A DNA stretch of 64,000 nucleotides from an uncultured Gemmatimonadales bacterium (GCA_963798845.1 CAWCUS010000005.1:64001-128000), one strand, 5' to 3'; shown: positions 47,410-59,023, counted from the stretch's first letter. The notes: generated by a model from the sequence alone, not told the origin. Translations and numbers: made by a program.

Positions 47410-49437
47410 CTAGAACCCCACCACCACGTAGAGGATGACGAGCACGCCGATCACTATGGCGAAGGCGTACCCGTTGAGGTTGCCCGTCTGCAGGCGCGCT
47501 GTGCCCCGCCCGATCCAGGCGGCCACCGCCCCCGCCCCGTTGACGGTCCGGTCGAGGATGCCCACGTCGACGAATCGCCAGAGCGCACGCGAGCCGCTGA
47601 TCACCGGCCGGACCACGAGCGCGTCGTAGATCTCGTCCACATACCATTTGTCGTAGAGCACCTTCGCGAAGCCCCGGTAGGCCGGCGTCTCGCTGGCCGG
47701 CTTCCGCTCGATCTTCCCGAGCCAGAGCGTGGCCAGGACGATCACCGCCACGGCCAGGGCGAATGACGCCATGGCCCAGAAGGCTTCGCTCCCGCCGAAG
47801 GGCCCCGCCTCCGCGAGCACGCCGACGTGGGCGCTGAAGATGTGGTCGGCTTCCGCCGTCAGGGGGTGGAGCCACTCGTGCAGCCATTCCGTGTGCGGGA
47901 GCCAGCCGAGCACCGGAGTTTGGCCGATCACTTCAGGGACGTTGATCCACCCGCCGACCGTCGCCAGCAGCGCCAGGATCGAGAGCGGGATCCACATCAC
48001 CGCGGGAGCGCCGTGGATGTGGTCGCCCGCGGGTCCGCTCCGGTTCTCACCGTGGAAGGTGAGGATCATGAGGCGGGTCATGTAGAAGGCCGTGAGCAGG
48101 GCTGCCGCCAGTGCCAGCACCCAGACCAGCGTGAACCATCCCTGGAACGGTCCCACCGCCCTCGCCGCCGCCTGCCAGATGATCTCGTCCTTGGAGAAGA
48201 AGCCGGCGAACGGCCACACCCCCGAGATCGCCAGGGTAGCCGCCCACATGAAGATCCACGTCTTCTTCATGTCGTGGCGCAGCCCGCCCATGTTGCGCAT
48301 GTCCTGGGCGTCCCAGTCCTGGTGGGTGTGGTGGAAAGCCTCGTGCATGGAGTGGATCACCGCGCCTGCGCCCAGGAAGAGAAGCGCCTTGAAGAAGGCG
48401 TGGGTCATCAGGTGGAAGATCCCGGCGGCGTAGGCACCGACCCCCACGCCCACGAACATGTAGCCGAGCTGCGATACCGTGGAATAGGCCAGGACCTTCT
48501 TGATGTCGGTCTGCACCAGCCCGATCGTGGCGGCGAACAGCGCCGTCAGGGCACCCACCACGGCCACCACTATGCTCGACGTGGGGGCCAGCGCGAACAG
48601 CACGCTGCTCCTCGCCACCATGTACACGCCGGCTGTCACCATGGTGGCCGCATGGATCAGCGCGCTCACCGGCGTGGGGCCGGCCATGGCGTCCGGGAGC
48701 CAGATGTAAAGCGGGATCTGCGCGCTCTTCCCCGTCGCGCCGAGGAAGAAGAAGAGCGTGATCGTCGTGATCACGGCTCCGCCGTAGGCGAATGCCTCAG
48801 GCGCGGCCGCGAACACGTCCACGAAGTTCAGCGTGCCGAGGTGCGCGAAGAGCAGGAACATGGCGATCAGGAACCCGAAGTCCCCGATCCGGTTGACGAT
48901 GAACGCCTTCTTTCCCGCGTCGGCCTTCTCCCGGTCGGAGAACCAGAAACCGATCAGGAGATAGCTGCACAATCCCACACCCTCCCAGCCCACGAACATG
49001 ACCGGGTAGCTCGCGCCCAGGACGAGCGTGAGCATGAAGAAGATGAACAGGTTCAGGAAGGAGAAATAACGGGCGTAGCCCGGGTCGTCACGCATGTACC
49101 CGATGCTGAAGACGTGGATCAGGAAGCCCACGCCGGTGACCACCAGGGCCATGACCATGGAGAGCTGATCGAGCTGGAGCGCCGCGTCGATCTTCAGTTC
49201 GCCGACGGGCATCCAGGACCAGTAGGTCTGGACGATCGGCTCGTGGAGCTCCACACCCAGCATGCGGGCGAAGTTGACCGCCACGATGACGAACGCCGCT
49301 CCCACCACGCCCGGCCCCACCAGCGTGGGGATCGACCTGGAGGTGGGCGCCCGGAAGGCCGTGGCCGCGTTCGCCAGGAAGCCAATGAGCGGGAGCAGGA
49401 TCACCCAGCCCAGCAGCGTAGGTTCGAATCCGTGCAT
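47410..49437 (-). CDS. nuoL: NADH-quinone oxidoreductase subunit L
   Basis: GWEGVGLCSYLLIGFW and KSAQIPLYIWLPDAMAGPTPVSALIHAATMV. Confidence 0.96.
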   Translation of the reverse strand: MHGFEPTLLGWVILLPLIGFLANAATAFRAPTSRSIPTLVGPGVVGAAFVIVAVNFARMLGVELHEPIVQTYWSWMPVGELKIDAALQLDQLSMVMALVVTGVGFLIHVFSIGYMRDDPGYARYFSFLNLFIFFMLTLVLGASYPVMFVGWEGVGLCSYLLIGFWFSDREKADAGKKAFIVNRIGDFGFLIAMFLLFAHLGTLNFVDVFAAAPEAFAYGGAVITTITLFFFLGATGKSAQIPLYIWLPDAMAGPTPVSALIHAATMVTAGVYMVARSSVLFALAPTSSIVVAVVGALTALFAATIGLVQTDIKKVLAYSTVSQLGYMFVGVGVGAYAAGIFHLMTHAFFKALLFLGAGAVIHSMHEAFHHTHQDWDAQDMRNMGGLRHDMKKTWIFMWAATLAISGVWPFAGFFSKDEIIWQAAARAVGPFQGWFTLVWVLALAAALLTAFYMTRLMILTFHGENRSGPAGDHIHGAPAVMWIPLSILALLATVGGWINVPEVIGQTPVLGWLPHTEWLHEWLHPLTAEADHIFSAHVGVLAEAGPFGGSEAFWAMASFALAVAVIVLATLWLGKIERKPASETPAYRGFAKVLYDKWYVDEIYDALVVRPVISGSRALWRFVDVGILDRTVNGAGAVAAWIGRGTARLQTGNLNGYAFAIVIGVLVILYVVVGF

Positions 49438-49503
49438 CTCAGCACCCCCGCCCGGAGGCGTGTGCCCGATCCGCTGCCCGCGTCACGCGGGCCGTGGCAG
49501 GCG

Positions 49504-49797
49504 TCACCACCGGAGCAGGTTGAAGTCCTTGGTGTCCACCGTCTCGAGGAGGCGGAAGATCGAGATGATGATCGCCAGCCCCACAGCCGCCTCGGCTGCC
49601 GCCACGGTCATCACGAAGAACACGAACACTTGCCCGTCGATCCCGATCTGCCGGGAGAGCGCCACGAACGCCAGGTTGGCCGCGTTCAGCATCAGCTCCA
49701 CGCACATGAACAGGATGATGGCGTTCCGCCGGATCAGGACCCCGGCCACACCAATGGCGAACAGGATCGCGGACAGGACCAGCGACATGGTCAGCAC
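49504..49797 (-). CDS. nuoK: NADH-quinone oxidoreductase subunit K
   Basis: [15 protein letters not shown] and [11 protein letters not shown]. Confidence 0.96.
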   Translation of the reverse strand: MLTMSLVLSAILFAIGVAGVLIRRNAIILFMCVELMLNAANLAFVALSRQIGIDGQVFVFFVMTVAAAEAAVGLAIIISIFRLLETVDTKDFNLLRW

Positions 49798-49798
49798 G

Positions 49799-50313
<515 letters not shown>

Positions 50314-50314
<1 letters not shown>

Positions 50315-50811
50315 TATTCCGAGAGCGGATCGCTGGGATCCCAGAGCGCAGTGACCGGGTGGTCCTGCGCCATCAGACGGTCCAGATCATAGACGAAGCG
50401 CTCGCGCGTGAACTCGGACGCCTCGTAGTCCTGCCCCACGTGGATCGCCTCGACAGGGCAGACTTCCTGACACATTCCGCAGAAGATGCAGCGGAACTCG
50501 TCGATCTCGTAGACGATCGGATAGCGGTTCCCCTGATCGTCTTCACCGGGCACCAGCCGGATGCAATTGGATGGGCAGATGGTCGGGCAGAGCCCGCACG
50601 CCACGCACTTCGGGCGCCCGTCGGCGTGCACCTCCATGCGGTGCGTGCCACGCCAGCGCGGCGCGATGTTCGGCTTCTCGTCCGGGTACTGCTGTGTGAC
50701 CTTGTGCGGGTTCACCATGTGCCGGAAGGTCAGCGCCATCCCTTTCAGCGTGGCCCGCAGATACGACGAGCCGCCTTCCGGCCGTCGGACTTTCTTCACA
50801 CCGATCGACAT
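50314..50811 (-). CDS. nuoI: NADH-quinone oxidoreductase subunit I
   Basis: Two CxxCxxCxxxCP motifs. Confidence 0.95.
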
Positions 50812-50838
50812 TCAGATCATCTCTCCCATCCGCTGCCG

Positions 50839-52137
50839 CTATGCGCCCGTCCCGGCCGTGACGGCCGGGCGCTGCTGCTCCACCACCGCGACATCGTGCG
50901 GTGACGCCGATCGGCGGTGCTTCGAGCCGCCCGTGAGCACGTGGTTGCTGTCGATGAGCCACAAGAACACGAACAACGCCACCAGGTCGACCCCCGTCAG
51001 GATCAGGCCGTAGCCCAGGCCGTACGGCACGCCGAGGCTGTCGAGGACGAGGATCGACGTGGCCATGATCGCAATGAAGCCGAGCGCGGTCGGCAGCATG
51101 GCCTTCCACCCCAGGTCCATCACCTGGTCGTAGCGGAACCGGGGAACGGTCCACCGCACCCAGACGAAGACGAACGCGAAGAACATCGTCTTGACCGCGA
51201 AGGACAGGAATGTCAGCAGCGACTTCCACCACGCCGGGTCCGCGCCCTGCACGATCCCGTTCGCCAGCAGGCGCATGTTGTCGCCATGCCAGAAGGGGAT
51301 GTCCCAGCCGCCGAAGAAGAGCGTCGCCATGAGCGCCGACTGGGTCAGCAGGTGCGCGTACTCCGCCATCATGAACATGCTGAACTTCATGGACGAGTAC
51401 TCGGCGTGATACCCGGCAACGAGCTCGGACTCCGCCTCCGGCATGTCGAACGGGAGACGGTTGGTCTCGGCGAACGAGCTGATGACGAACAGGAAGAACG
51501 AGAGGCCGAGCGGGAGGGCGAACCAGAGCCCGAGCCCTTCCTGCTGTGTCCAGACCATCTCCGTGATGCGGACGTTTCCTGCCAGCATGAACACGGGGAT
51601 CAGGCTCATGCCGAGACTGACCTCGTAGCTCACCATCTGGGCCGACGCGCGAACCCCGCCCAGGAGGCTGTACTTGTTGTTCGACGACCACCCGGCCAGG
51701 AAAAGGCCGTACACGCCAAGGCTGGACAGCGCCAGGATGAAGAGGATCCCGATCGGCACGTCCGCCACCACCATGTCCACCACGCCCCACGGGGTGGGAA
51801 GCGGGGCGGCGAACGGGATCACCGCGAACAGGACGAATGCGGGCCCGATCGAGAGGATCGGAGCCAGGAGGAAGTAGAATGCCGAAGCCTCCCCCGGGGA
51901 TGTCTCTTCCTTGGCGAAGTTCTTCAGCCCGTCGGCAATGGGCTGGAGCAGCCCCCAGGGGCCGACCCGGTTGGGTCCGAGGCGATCCTCGATGAACCCC
52001 GCGAAGCGCCGCTCCAGCAGGGTCATCATGGCCACCGTGAGCAGGACCACCACGAACGCCACCACCACCTTGGCGAGCGAAGCCCAAACGAACGCGGTGT
52101 CGCTCAGCGCCTGCATCTGGTGCAGCGTCTCCATCAC
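50839..52137 (-). CDS. nuoH: NADH-quinone oxidoreductase subunit H
   Basis: GPNRVGPWGLLQPIADG, AQMVSYE and ETNRLPFDMPEAESELVAGY. Confidence 0.96.
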   Translation of the reverse strand: MMETLHQMQALSDTAFVWASLAKVVVAFVVVLLTVAMMTLLERRFAGFIEDRLGPNRVGPWGLLQPIADGLKNFAKEETSPGEASAFYFLLAPILSIGPAFVLFAVIPFAAPLPTPWGVVDMVVADVPIGILFILALSSLGVYGLFLAGWSSNNKYSLLGGVRASAQMVSYEVSLGMSLIPVFMLAGNVRITEMVWTQQEGLGLWFALPLGLSFFLFVISSFAETNRLPFDMPEAESELVAGYHAEYSSMKFSMFMMAEYAHLLTQSALMATLFFGGWDIPFWHGDNMRLLANGIVQGADPAWWKSLLTFLSFAVKTMFFAFVFVWVRWTVPRFRYDQVMDLGWKAMLPTALGFIAIMATSILVLDSLGVPYGLGYGLILTGVDLVALFVFLWLIDSNHVLTGGSKHRRSASPHDVAVVEQQRPAVTAGTGA

Positions 52138-53837
52138 CCGTCCTCCCCGGCCGCCAGCCGGACCGGCTCGTTCAGCAGCGCTCCGCGGGTCCCGAGCTGC
52201 GGATAGCTCAGCCCGGTGAAGGGCTCGTACAGCTCCGCGAGCCGGAGGAACGCATCTCCCGCCGTGCCGGGGGCGGCGCCGTCATCGAGGCCGGCCAGGA
52301 GGACGCCGAGGACCTGCCACGCCGGCCGCGCCATGGGCGGCGGATCGAGCGCGGGCCAGAAGCGCTGCACCCGACCCTCGAAGTTCGTGAACGTCCCCTC
52401 CTCCTCGGCGAAGCTGGTCACCGGGAGGATGAAGTCGGCTCCGGCCATCGCCGGGCTGCTCACCGTCCCCAGGTAGATCACGAGCGATGCGTCAGCCGCG
52501 AAGCGGGCCGGGAGGTCGGCGAGGGTGTCGCCGAGCACGACGATCGGCCCCGTCGTCCGCTCGAGCCCGCCATTCCCCGCATCATCTCCGACTCTCCGGT
52601 ATCCGAATATCTCCAGCCCGCGAGCGTTGGCGGACAGGTCCTGCCGGCGCGTGAGCCTCGGGTAGGCGGGGAGCGTGTCCTCGGTCCCGGCCCGTCGCGA
52701 GCGGTAGATCGCGGTATCGCCGCCCATCACCGCCTGCACCCGCCGCAGCAATCCGTTCGCCTCGTTCGAGAAGTACGGCGAGCCGACGATCGTTACGCCG
52801 CCCTGAGTCGCCTTGAGACGCTGGACGACGGCCGTCATGGCTTCCTTCCACGTGGCCCCGCGCATCCCGCCCGCATCCTGCATCAGCGGCGCTTCCAGCC
52901 GAGACGGCATGACCGCGCGGTCGTCGCCCAGAGTGGCCGGATCCTGCGGCCCTTCGGGCGGTGTCGCGGCCCTGGGCGCCGGGTACGGCAGCGTGTTCGC
53001 TCCCAGGTTGATCCACTCGTACTCGTAGCGACCGAAGTCGCACATCCAGTACGAGTTGACGTCCGGGTTGTGGCGCGGCTTGAGCCGCTGGACGAGGTTG
53101 TCGCGCGTGTCCAGCGTGATGTTGCACCCTTGTGAGCAGTTGGGGCAGATGGAAGGGGTTCGGTCGAGGTCCCACGCCCTCGCCTTGTGCAGGAAGTCCT
53201 TCGACAGCAGCGCCCCCACTGGGCAGATGTCGATGATGTTGCTGGCGAACGGGGAGCCGGTGAGTCCGTCATCGAAGAACGTGTCGATGACGCTCCGGTC
53301 CCCGCGCTGCACCACGCACAGACGCTCGTCGTCGGCCACCTCGCGCATGAAGCGCACGCAGCGCGTGCACATGATGCAGCGGTCGCCGTCGTACAACACG
53401 TCGCCGCCGAAGTCGTCCTGTCCGAGCACGCGCTTGGGCTCCTGGGAGCGTCCGTGCCTGGGCCCCTCCTGGTGGACGTAGTCCTGGAGCTTGCACTCGC
53501 CGGCCGCGTCGCAGACCGGGCAATCCAGCGGATGATTCACCAGGTAGAACTCGAGCACGCCCGTGCGCGCGTCCTCCGCCTGGGCGGTGTCGGTGCGGAT
53601 GACGGATCCGTCCTGGATCTGGGTCACGCACGCGGGCTGCAGCTTCGGCGCGCCTTCCACCTCCACCAGGCACATGCGACACATGGCCGGCGCCGACAGG
53701 GCCGGGTGGTAGCAGTAGTGGACGATGCCGATGCCGAGCTGCTCGGCGGCCTCGATGATGCGCGTGCCCCTCGGGACCGTGACCTCACGGCCATCGATGG
53801 TGCAGGTGACGGTGTTCGTCTTCTGTCCGTTCGCCAT
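52134..53837 (-). CDS. nuoG: NADH-quinone oxidoreductase subunit G (short, 567 aa)
   Basis: CYH...CRMC, HPLDCPVCD..GEC, CIMCTRC and CPNCSQGC. Confidence 0.92.
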   Translation of the reverse strand: MANGQKTNTVTCTIDGREVTVPRGTRIIEAAEQLGIGIVHYCYHPALSAPAMCRMCLVEVEGAPKLQPACVTQIQDGSVIRTDTAQAEDARTGVLEFYLVNHPLDCPVCDAAGECKLQDYVHQEGPRHGRSQEPKRVLGQDDFGGDVLYDGDRCIMCTRCVRFMREVADDERLCVVQRGDRSVIDTFFDDGLTGSPFASNIIDICPVGALLSKDFLHKARAWDLDRTPSICPNCSQGCNITLDTRDNLVQRLKPRHNPDVNSYWMCDFGRYEYEWINLGANTLPYPAPRAATPPEGPQDPATLGDDRAVMPSRLEAPLMQDAGGMRGATWKEAMTAVVQRLKATQGGVTIVGSPYFSNEANGLLRRVQAVMGGDTAIYRSRRAGTEDTLPAYPRLTRRQDLSANARGLEIFGYRRVGDDAGNGGLERTTGPIVVLGDTLADLPARFAADASLVIYLGTVSSPAMAGADFILPVTSFAEEEGTFTNFEGRVQRFWPALDPPPMARPAWQVLGVLLAGLDDGAAPGTAGDAFLRLAELYEPFTGLSYPQLGTRGALLNEPVRLAAGEDG

Positions 53838-53856
53838 TCGCTATTCCCCGCCCCGT

Positions 53857-55176
53857 TCAGACCGACGCCGGGGCGCCCGCCCCGATCGCCGTCTCCGCAG
53901 GCTGCGCCCGACCGACGAGCCGCTCCACGTCCTCCGGGAACTTGTTGATCCAGCTTGTGATGGGAGCGCCGGCGGAGTCGCTGAGCACGCAGATCGTGGT
54001 GCCCGTGGCGTTCTTCGCCACGGCGAGCAGCGTCTCCACGTCGGCGGGCGTACCCTGCCCTGCCTCGATGCGCCGCAGGATCTTGCCCATCCACGCCGTC
54101 CCTTCCCGGCACGGCGTGCACTGGCCGCAGCTCTCGTGAGCGTAGAACTCCACCATGCGGCGTACCTGGGTGACCATGTCGGTCTGGTCGTCCATCACAA
54201 TGACCGACGCGGTGCCCAGCATGCTCCCCGCCTTGGCCACGCTTTCGTAATCCGAGGCCAGCCCCTCGACCTCCTTCGCGGTGAGAATCGGGACCGAGCT
54301 TCCGCCCGGAATCACGGCCTTCAGCTTGCGGCCGTCCCGGATTCCGCCGCACACGTCGTAGATCAGCTCGTCCATGGGGAAGCCGAGCGGGAGCTCGTAG
54401 TTCCCTCGTCGCACGACGTGGCCCGAGACGTTGAACATCTTCGTGCCAGGGCTCTTCTCCGTTCCCCACTGGCGGTACCACGCGCCGCCGTGGGTAACGA
54501 TGTGCGGCACCGCGCACACGGTCTCCACGTTGTTGATCGTGGTCGGTGCCGCGAATGCACCGCTCGCCGCCGGGAAGGGGGGCTTGATGCGGGGTTGCCC
54601 GCGGCGCCCTTCCAGCGAGTTCATCAGCGCCGTCTCCTCGCCGCAGATGTAGGCGCCGGCGCCGAGATGGATCGTGACGTCAATGTCGTGGCCGCTGCCG
54701 AGGATGTTCTCGCCCGCGAGGCCGTTGGCGTAGGCTTCCTCGATGGCACGCCCGAGGATCTGGGCAGTCTCGAAGAACTCGCCCCGGATGTAGATGTACA
54801 CGTCCTGCGCCCGGATCGCGTGGGCCCCGATGAGCGCGCCTTCGATGACCTGGTGCGGCGTCCACCGCATGAGCTCCCGGTCCTTGAACGCCCCCGGCTC
54901 CGACTCATCCGCGTTGATGAGCATGTAATGCGGGCCCTTCTTTTCCTTCGGCATGAAGCTCCACTTCACGCCCGTAGGGAAGCCGGCGCCGCCCCGGCCG
55001 CGCAGTCCGCTCTCCTTGACCACGTCCACCAGCTCCTCGGGCGTCATGCCGAGGGCCCGCTCGAGGGCCTCATAGCCGCCCAGCTTCCTCCACCCCGCCA
55101 CCGTCCGGGTGGCCGGGTCGCCGAAGCCGCGGCTCAGGACCCGGACCTCGCTCGAATGCGTGTACGGATACGCCAT
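53857..55176 (-). CDS. nuoF: NADH-quinone oxidoreductase subunit F
   Basis: GRGGAGF, NADESEPG, GAGAYICGEETAL and ESCGQCTPCREG. Confidence 0.97.
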   Translation of the reverse strand: MAYPYTHSSEVRVLSRGFGDPATRTVAGWRKLGGYEALERALGMTPEELVDVVKESGLRGRGGAGFPTGVKWSFMPKEKKGPHYMLINADESEPGAFKDRELMRWTPHQVIEGALIGAHAIRAQDVYIYIRGEFFETAQILGRAIEEAYANGLAGENILGSGHDIDVTIHLGAGAYICGEETALMNSLEGRRGQPRIKPPFPAASGAFAAPTTINNVETVCAVPHIVTHGGAWYRQWGTEKSPGTKMFNVSGHVVRRGNYELPLGFPMDELIYDVCGGIRDGRKLKAVIPGGSSVPILTAKEVEGLASDYESVAKAGSMLGTASVIVMDDQTDMVTQVRRMVEFYAHESCGQCTPCREGTAWMGKILRRIEAGQGTPADVETLLAVAKNATGTTICVLSDSAGAPITSWINKFPEDVERLVGRAQPAETAIGAGAPASV

Positions 55177-55179
55177 CGG

Positions 55180-55911
55180 CTATTCCTCCTGCCCCGTGCT
55201 CGCGGCGGCGTCTGGCTGCGTCCGGGTCGGACCCGGGGGCGAACCGGTCGCCGGGCCGTGCGGGGTCACGGGATCGACACCGTGCGCCTTCAGGCGGTCC
55301 AGCAGCCCGGACACGTCCTTCACCTCGACGTTCTCGAAGTACCGGTTGTTGATCTGGACGACGGTGGGGAAGCCGCAGGCGCCGAGGCACTCGGCCTCGA
55401 TCACCGTGAACTCGCCGTCGTCGCTCACTTCGCCCGGCTCCGTGCCGGTATGATCAAGGAACGCCTCGAACACCTCGTGACCGCCGCACAGGTTGCACGC
55501 CACGTTGGTGCACACCTGGATCAGGTGACGGCCCACGGGACGCTTGTTGTACATCGTGTAGAAGGTGGCCACGCCACGGACCGTGGCCGGGCTCTCGCCC
55601 ACCACTTCCGCCACGCGCTCCATCGCTTCCTGGGAGAGATAGCCCCGGATCTCATGGGCCAGATTGAGCACCGGGAGCAGCGCGGCGCGCGGGTTGGGAT
55701 AGCGCGCCAGGATCTTCTCCAGCCGCTCCTTGTACGGCCCCTCGAAGAGGGCCGCTTCCGGGTCGGAGTCTGCGCGCTGGTACGGCACCGCGTTCACGCC
55801 GCCGCGGTCCCAGCCCTCGGGCGGCTGGGGACCGACATAGTCCGTTCCGCGCACTTGCGCCTCGGTGAGGTCGAACTCGCCGGTCTCTCCGGCCCACCCG
55901 GGATTTTTCAC
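55180..55911 (-). CDS. nuoE: NADH-quinone oxidoreductase subunit E
   Basis: ATFYTMY, VCTNVAC and ECLGAC; carries a roughly 55-aa N-terminal extension. Confidence 0.93.
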   Translation of the reverse strand: MKNPGWAGETGEFDLTEAQVRGTDYVGPQPPEGWDRGGVNAVPYQRADSDPEAALFEGPYKERLEKILARYPNPRAALLPVLNLAHEIRGYLSQEAMERVAEVVGESPATVRGVATFYTMYNKRPVGRHLIQVCTNVACNLCGGHEVFEAFLDHTGTEPGEVSDDGEFTVIEAECLGACGFPTVVQINNRYFENVEVKDVSGLLDRLKAHGVDPVTPHGPATGSPPGPTRTQPDAAASTGQEE

Positions 55912-57185
55912 CGATCGATCTCCCCGAGGACGATGTCCAGGCTCGCGTTGGTCGCGATCACGTCGGACAGGAGGCTCCCCTCCACCATCTGTGGCAGGGC
56001 GCTGAGATTGATGAAGCTGGGGCCGCGGACGTGCCAGCGGACGGGCTTGGAGCCGCCGTCGCTGACGACGTACATCCCCAGCTCGCCCTTCGAGCTCTCG
56101 ACGCTGAACCAGCTCTCGCCGGGTGGTGCCTTCACGCCTTCCATCACCAGCTTGAAGTGGTGGATCATGGACTCCATGTCGTTCATCAGGTCCGTCTTCG
56201 ACGGGAGGATCACGCGCGGGTCATCCACGTTGATGGGCCCGTCCGGCAGGCGGTCCAGCGTCTGGCGGATGATGCGCAGGCTCTGGCGCATCTCCTCCAT
56301 GCGGCACAGGTACCGATCGTAATTGTCGCCGGCCTCGCCCACGATCACGTCGAAGTCGTAGCTGTCGTAGTCGTAGTACGGGCGGTCCTTGCGGATGTCG
56401 TAGTCGACCCCCGTGGAGCGCAGGATCGGACCGCTCAGCCCGGCGTTGACCGCCTCTTCCGCCGTGATCGCCCCAACCCCCTGGTTCCGGCCGACCCAGA
56501 GGTTGTTCGTGGTGAGCAGCGCCTCCACCTCGTCCAGCGTCCGCGGCATCTGCTTGTCCACGAACCAGCGCAGCTCGTCCGTGAATCCCGGCGGCAGGTC
56601 CGCCATCATCCCGCCCACGCGGGTGGACGACGTGGTGATCCGCGCGCCCGTGAGCGCCTCGTGAAGATTGTAGATCTCCTCGCGCCGCTGGAACGTGTAG
56701 AGGAAGACCGTGAACGCGCCAATGTCGATGGCCGTGGTGCCGATCCAGAGCAGGTGGCTGAAGATCCGGTCCAGCTCCATCAACATCACGCGCACCACCT
56801 TGCAGCGCGGCGTGATCTCGATGCCCATGAGCTTTTCCACCGCAGCCACATACGCCACGTTGTAGACCAGCGGCGTCAGGTAGTCCATCCGGTCCGTGAG
56901 CGGGACGATCTGATTCCACGTCCGGTACTCGCCCAGCTTCTCGAAGCTGGAGTGGAGATATCCGATGTGGGGGATGCACCGGACCACCGTCTCCCCGTCC
57001 AGCTCGAGCACGAGCCGGAGCACGCCGTGCGTAGCGGGGTGCTGCGGGCCGATGTTGATGAGCATGTGCTCACCATGGAGGTCCGGCTCCATCCCCTCCG
57101 GCAGCACCGGCGAAGCCGCGGCGAGGCCGGTCACTCCCGTCATGGGCGCGCGGCTCACTTCGTACTGGACGGTCCGCTTGCTCAT
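55908..57185 (-). CDS. nuoD: NADH-quinone oxidoreductase subunit D
   Basis: NIGPQHPATHGVLRL, GYLH, DRMDY and a terminal GEIDR. Confidence 0.96.
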   Translation of the reverse strand: MSKRTVQYEVSRAPMTGVTGLAAASPVLPEGMEPDLHGEHMLINIGPQHPATHGVLRLVLELDGETVVRCIPHIGYLHSSFEKLGEYRTWNQIVPLTDRMDYLTPLVYNVAYVAAVEKLMGIEITPRCKVVRVMLMELDRIFSHLLWIGTTAIDIGAFTVFLYTFQRREEIYNLHEALTGARITTSSTRVGGMMADLPPGFTDELRWFVDKQMPRTLDEVEALLTTNNLWVGRNQGVGAITAEEAVNAGLSGPILRSTGVDYDIRKDRPYYDYDSYDFDVIVGEAGDNYDRYLCRMEEMRQSLRIIRQTLDRLPDGPINVDDPRVILPSKTDLMNDMESMIHHFKLVMEGVKAPPGESWFSVESSKGELGMYVVSDGGSKPVRWHVRGPSFINLSALPQMVEGSLLSDVIATNASLDIVLGEIDR

Positions 57186-57940
57186 CCCTTCTCCTCCCCG
57201 TCGTTCGCGTCGCGGGGATCCCGTGACGCGGCGGCATCGGCCGGGAACCCGGCCTGCCCCGCGTGCGCGGACGTCGCCCGTCGCTCTGCCGCCTCCCGCT
57301 CGCCGCCCCTGGCTGCGCTCATTTCCGAAGGGACGTAGTAGTCGGCCAGATCGAAGGCCAGCGCCCGCCGCGTCTGCTCGGCCCGGCTGAAGCGGCCGCG
57401 CAGCGGGAAGTCCTTCCGCAGCGGGTGACCCTCGGCGTAGTTGTCGGGCATCATGATGCGCCGCAGATCCGGGTGCCCCTGGAACTCCACGCCGAACAGG
57501 TCGTAGACCTCGCGCTCCAGCCAGTCGGCCGTCTTCCAGATCGGCACGACGGAATCGATGCGCAGGGCGTCCAGCGGGAGCTCCGCCTTCACCCGGAGCG
57601 CGCGACGGTTCGGGATCGACCACAGCTGGTAGACCACCTGGAGAGGGCGACCGCCCCCGTAGTCCACGGCCGTCAGGTCCGCCAGAAAGTCGAAGCGCTG
57701 GCCTGCATCCTCGTGCAGCCAGCGCAGGATCTCGCGGACGTTCTCCGCGGGCACGAAGACGACGTGCTCATCCCCGGCCTGCAGCTCGTGGTGGAGGAGC
57801 GCATCACCGAACTTCTCGCGCAGCGCCGTCACCGTGGGATGCGCCGCATCCGTCGCCGGGCCGCGCTCGGGCGCGGAACCGCCCGTCTGCCCCGGTCCCG
57901 ATTCCAGGCCGCCGAGGCCCTGTTCGAAGTGGTCTGCCAT
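57182..57940 (-). CDS. nuoC: NADH-quinone oxidoreductase subunit C
   Basis: ADWLEREVYDLFG and GHPLRKDFPL. Confidence 0.95.
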   Translation of the reverse strand: MADHFEQGLGGLESGPGQTGGSAPERGPATDAAHPTVTALREKFGDALLHHELQAGDEHVVFVPAENVREILRWLHEDAGQRFDFLADLTAVDYGGGRPLQVVYQLWSIPNRRALRVKAELPLDALRIDSVVPIWKTADWLEREVYDLFGVEFQGHPDLRRIMMPDNYAEGHPLRKDFPLRGRFSRAEQTRRALAFDLADYYVPSEMSAARGGEREAAERRATSAHAGQAGFPADAAASRDPRDANDGEEKG

Positions 57941-57943
57941 GGC

Positions 57944-58624
57944 TCAGGGCCGCCGATCTCTGGGCCGCGCGAGCGCGCGCGTGCTCACGAGTCCGCTCGG
58001 CTTGTTCTGTTTCGTGGAATTCCCGAACGGGCCGGCGATCTGCTCGATCACGTCCGCCGGGAGGTTGGGCTTCCCGGTACGCTCCGGATCCTCGCGCCGC
58101 GTGACCGAGTGGATCTCCTTGCCGAGGGATTCGCCCTTGATCTTCTCCTGCAGCATCAGGATCCCGTAGATCAGCCCCTCGGGGCGGGGCGGACATCCCG
58201 GCACGTACACGTCCACCGGAATGACCGTGTCGATCCCCTGAACCATGGAGTACACGTCGAAGACGCCCCCCGTCGAGGCGCAGGCGCCCATGCTGATCGC
58301 CCACTTCGGCTGCGGCATCTGGTCCCAGATCCGGCGGATCACGGGCGCCATCTTGTACGGCAGCCGCCCGGCGCAGATGAGCAGGTCGGCCTGGCGCGGA
58401 CTGAAGCTCATTCGCTCCATCCCGAAACGGGCCACGTCGAAGCGCGAGGCGTAGCTCGCCATCATCTCGATGGCGCAGCACGCCGTGCCGAACGGCATCG
58501 GCCAGAGCGAGTTTCGTCGCGCCCAGTTGACCACGAAGTCGAGCTTCGTGGTCAGGAAGCTCGGGCTACCATCCTTGCCCGACCCCACTACGGGGAGCTG
58601 CGTCCCCGTCCCCTCTAGTCCCAT
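57944..58624 (-). CDS. nuoB: NADH-quinone oxidoreductase subunit B
   Basis: [22 protein letters not shown] and GCPPRPE. Confidence 0.96.
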   Translation of the reverse strand: MGLEGTGTQLPVVGSGKDGSPSFLTTKLDFVVNWARRNSLWPMPFGTACCAIEMMASYASRFDVARFGMERMSFSPRQADLLICAGRLPYKMAPVIRRIWDQMPQPKWAISMGACASTGGVFDVYSMVQGIDTVIPVDVYVPGCPPRPEGLIYGILMLQEKIKGESLGKEIHSVTRREDPERTGKPNLPADVIEQIAGPFGNSTKQNKPSGLVSTRALARPRDRRP

Positions 58625-58971
58625 TGAAGCGCCCCCTTCTTCCACGCATACACCAGCCCGGCGAGCAGGACGACCATGAACACCAGCATCTCCACCAGCC
58701 CGAACAGCCCCAGCTGGCGGAAGAACACGCCCCAGGGGATCAGGAAGATCGTCTCCAGATCGAACACGATGAAGAGGATCGCCACGAGGTAGAACTTGAC
58801 GCTGAAGCGCTCTCGCGTGTCCCCGAGCGGCAGGATCCCGCTCTCGTACGGCATCGACTTCGCCGGCGTCGGTCGCATCTCGCTGGCCAGGCGAGAAAGG
58901 ACCACGATGCCGACCGCCTGGAGCCCGGACAGACCCAGGAGGAACAGGATCGGCAAGTATGAGCGCAGCAT
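58615..58971 (-). CDS. nuoA: NADH-quinone oxidoreductase subunit A
   Basis: [19 protein letters not shown] and WKKGALQW. Confidence 0.96.
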   Translation of the reverse strand: MLRSYLPILFLLGLSGLQAVGIVVLSRLASEMRPTPAKSMPYESGILPLGDTRERFSVKFYLVAILFIVFDLETIFLIPWGVFFRQLGLFGLVEMLVFMVVLLAGLVYAWKKGALQWD

Positions 58972-58992
58972 GGGGAAACGCCTTTCCGGGCC

Positions 58993-59010
58993 TTGTGAAA
59001 ACCGTCACAG
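58993..59010. promoter_or_regulatory. Palindromic operator (Rex- or CRP/FNR-family type) in the nuoA leader
   Basis: TTGTGAAAACCGTCACAG is an exact TGTGA-N6-TCACA, two mismatches from the Rex consensus TTGTGAA-N4-TTCACAA. It lies between the promoter and the nuoA start. Confidence 0.65.
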
Positions 59011-59023
59011 CCACAGCCGACAG

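Noticed and set aside
52134..55911. Short NuoG and N-terminally extended NuoE as a novel complex I variant
   Set aside because: All Fe-S ligand motifs are present, and such length variation is common among bacterial complex I subunits.
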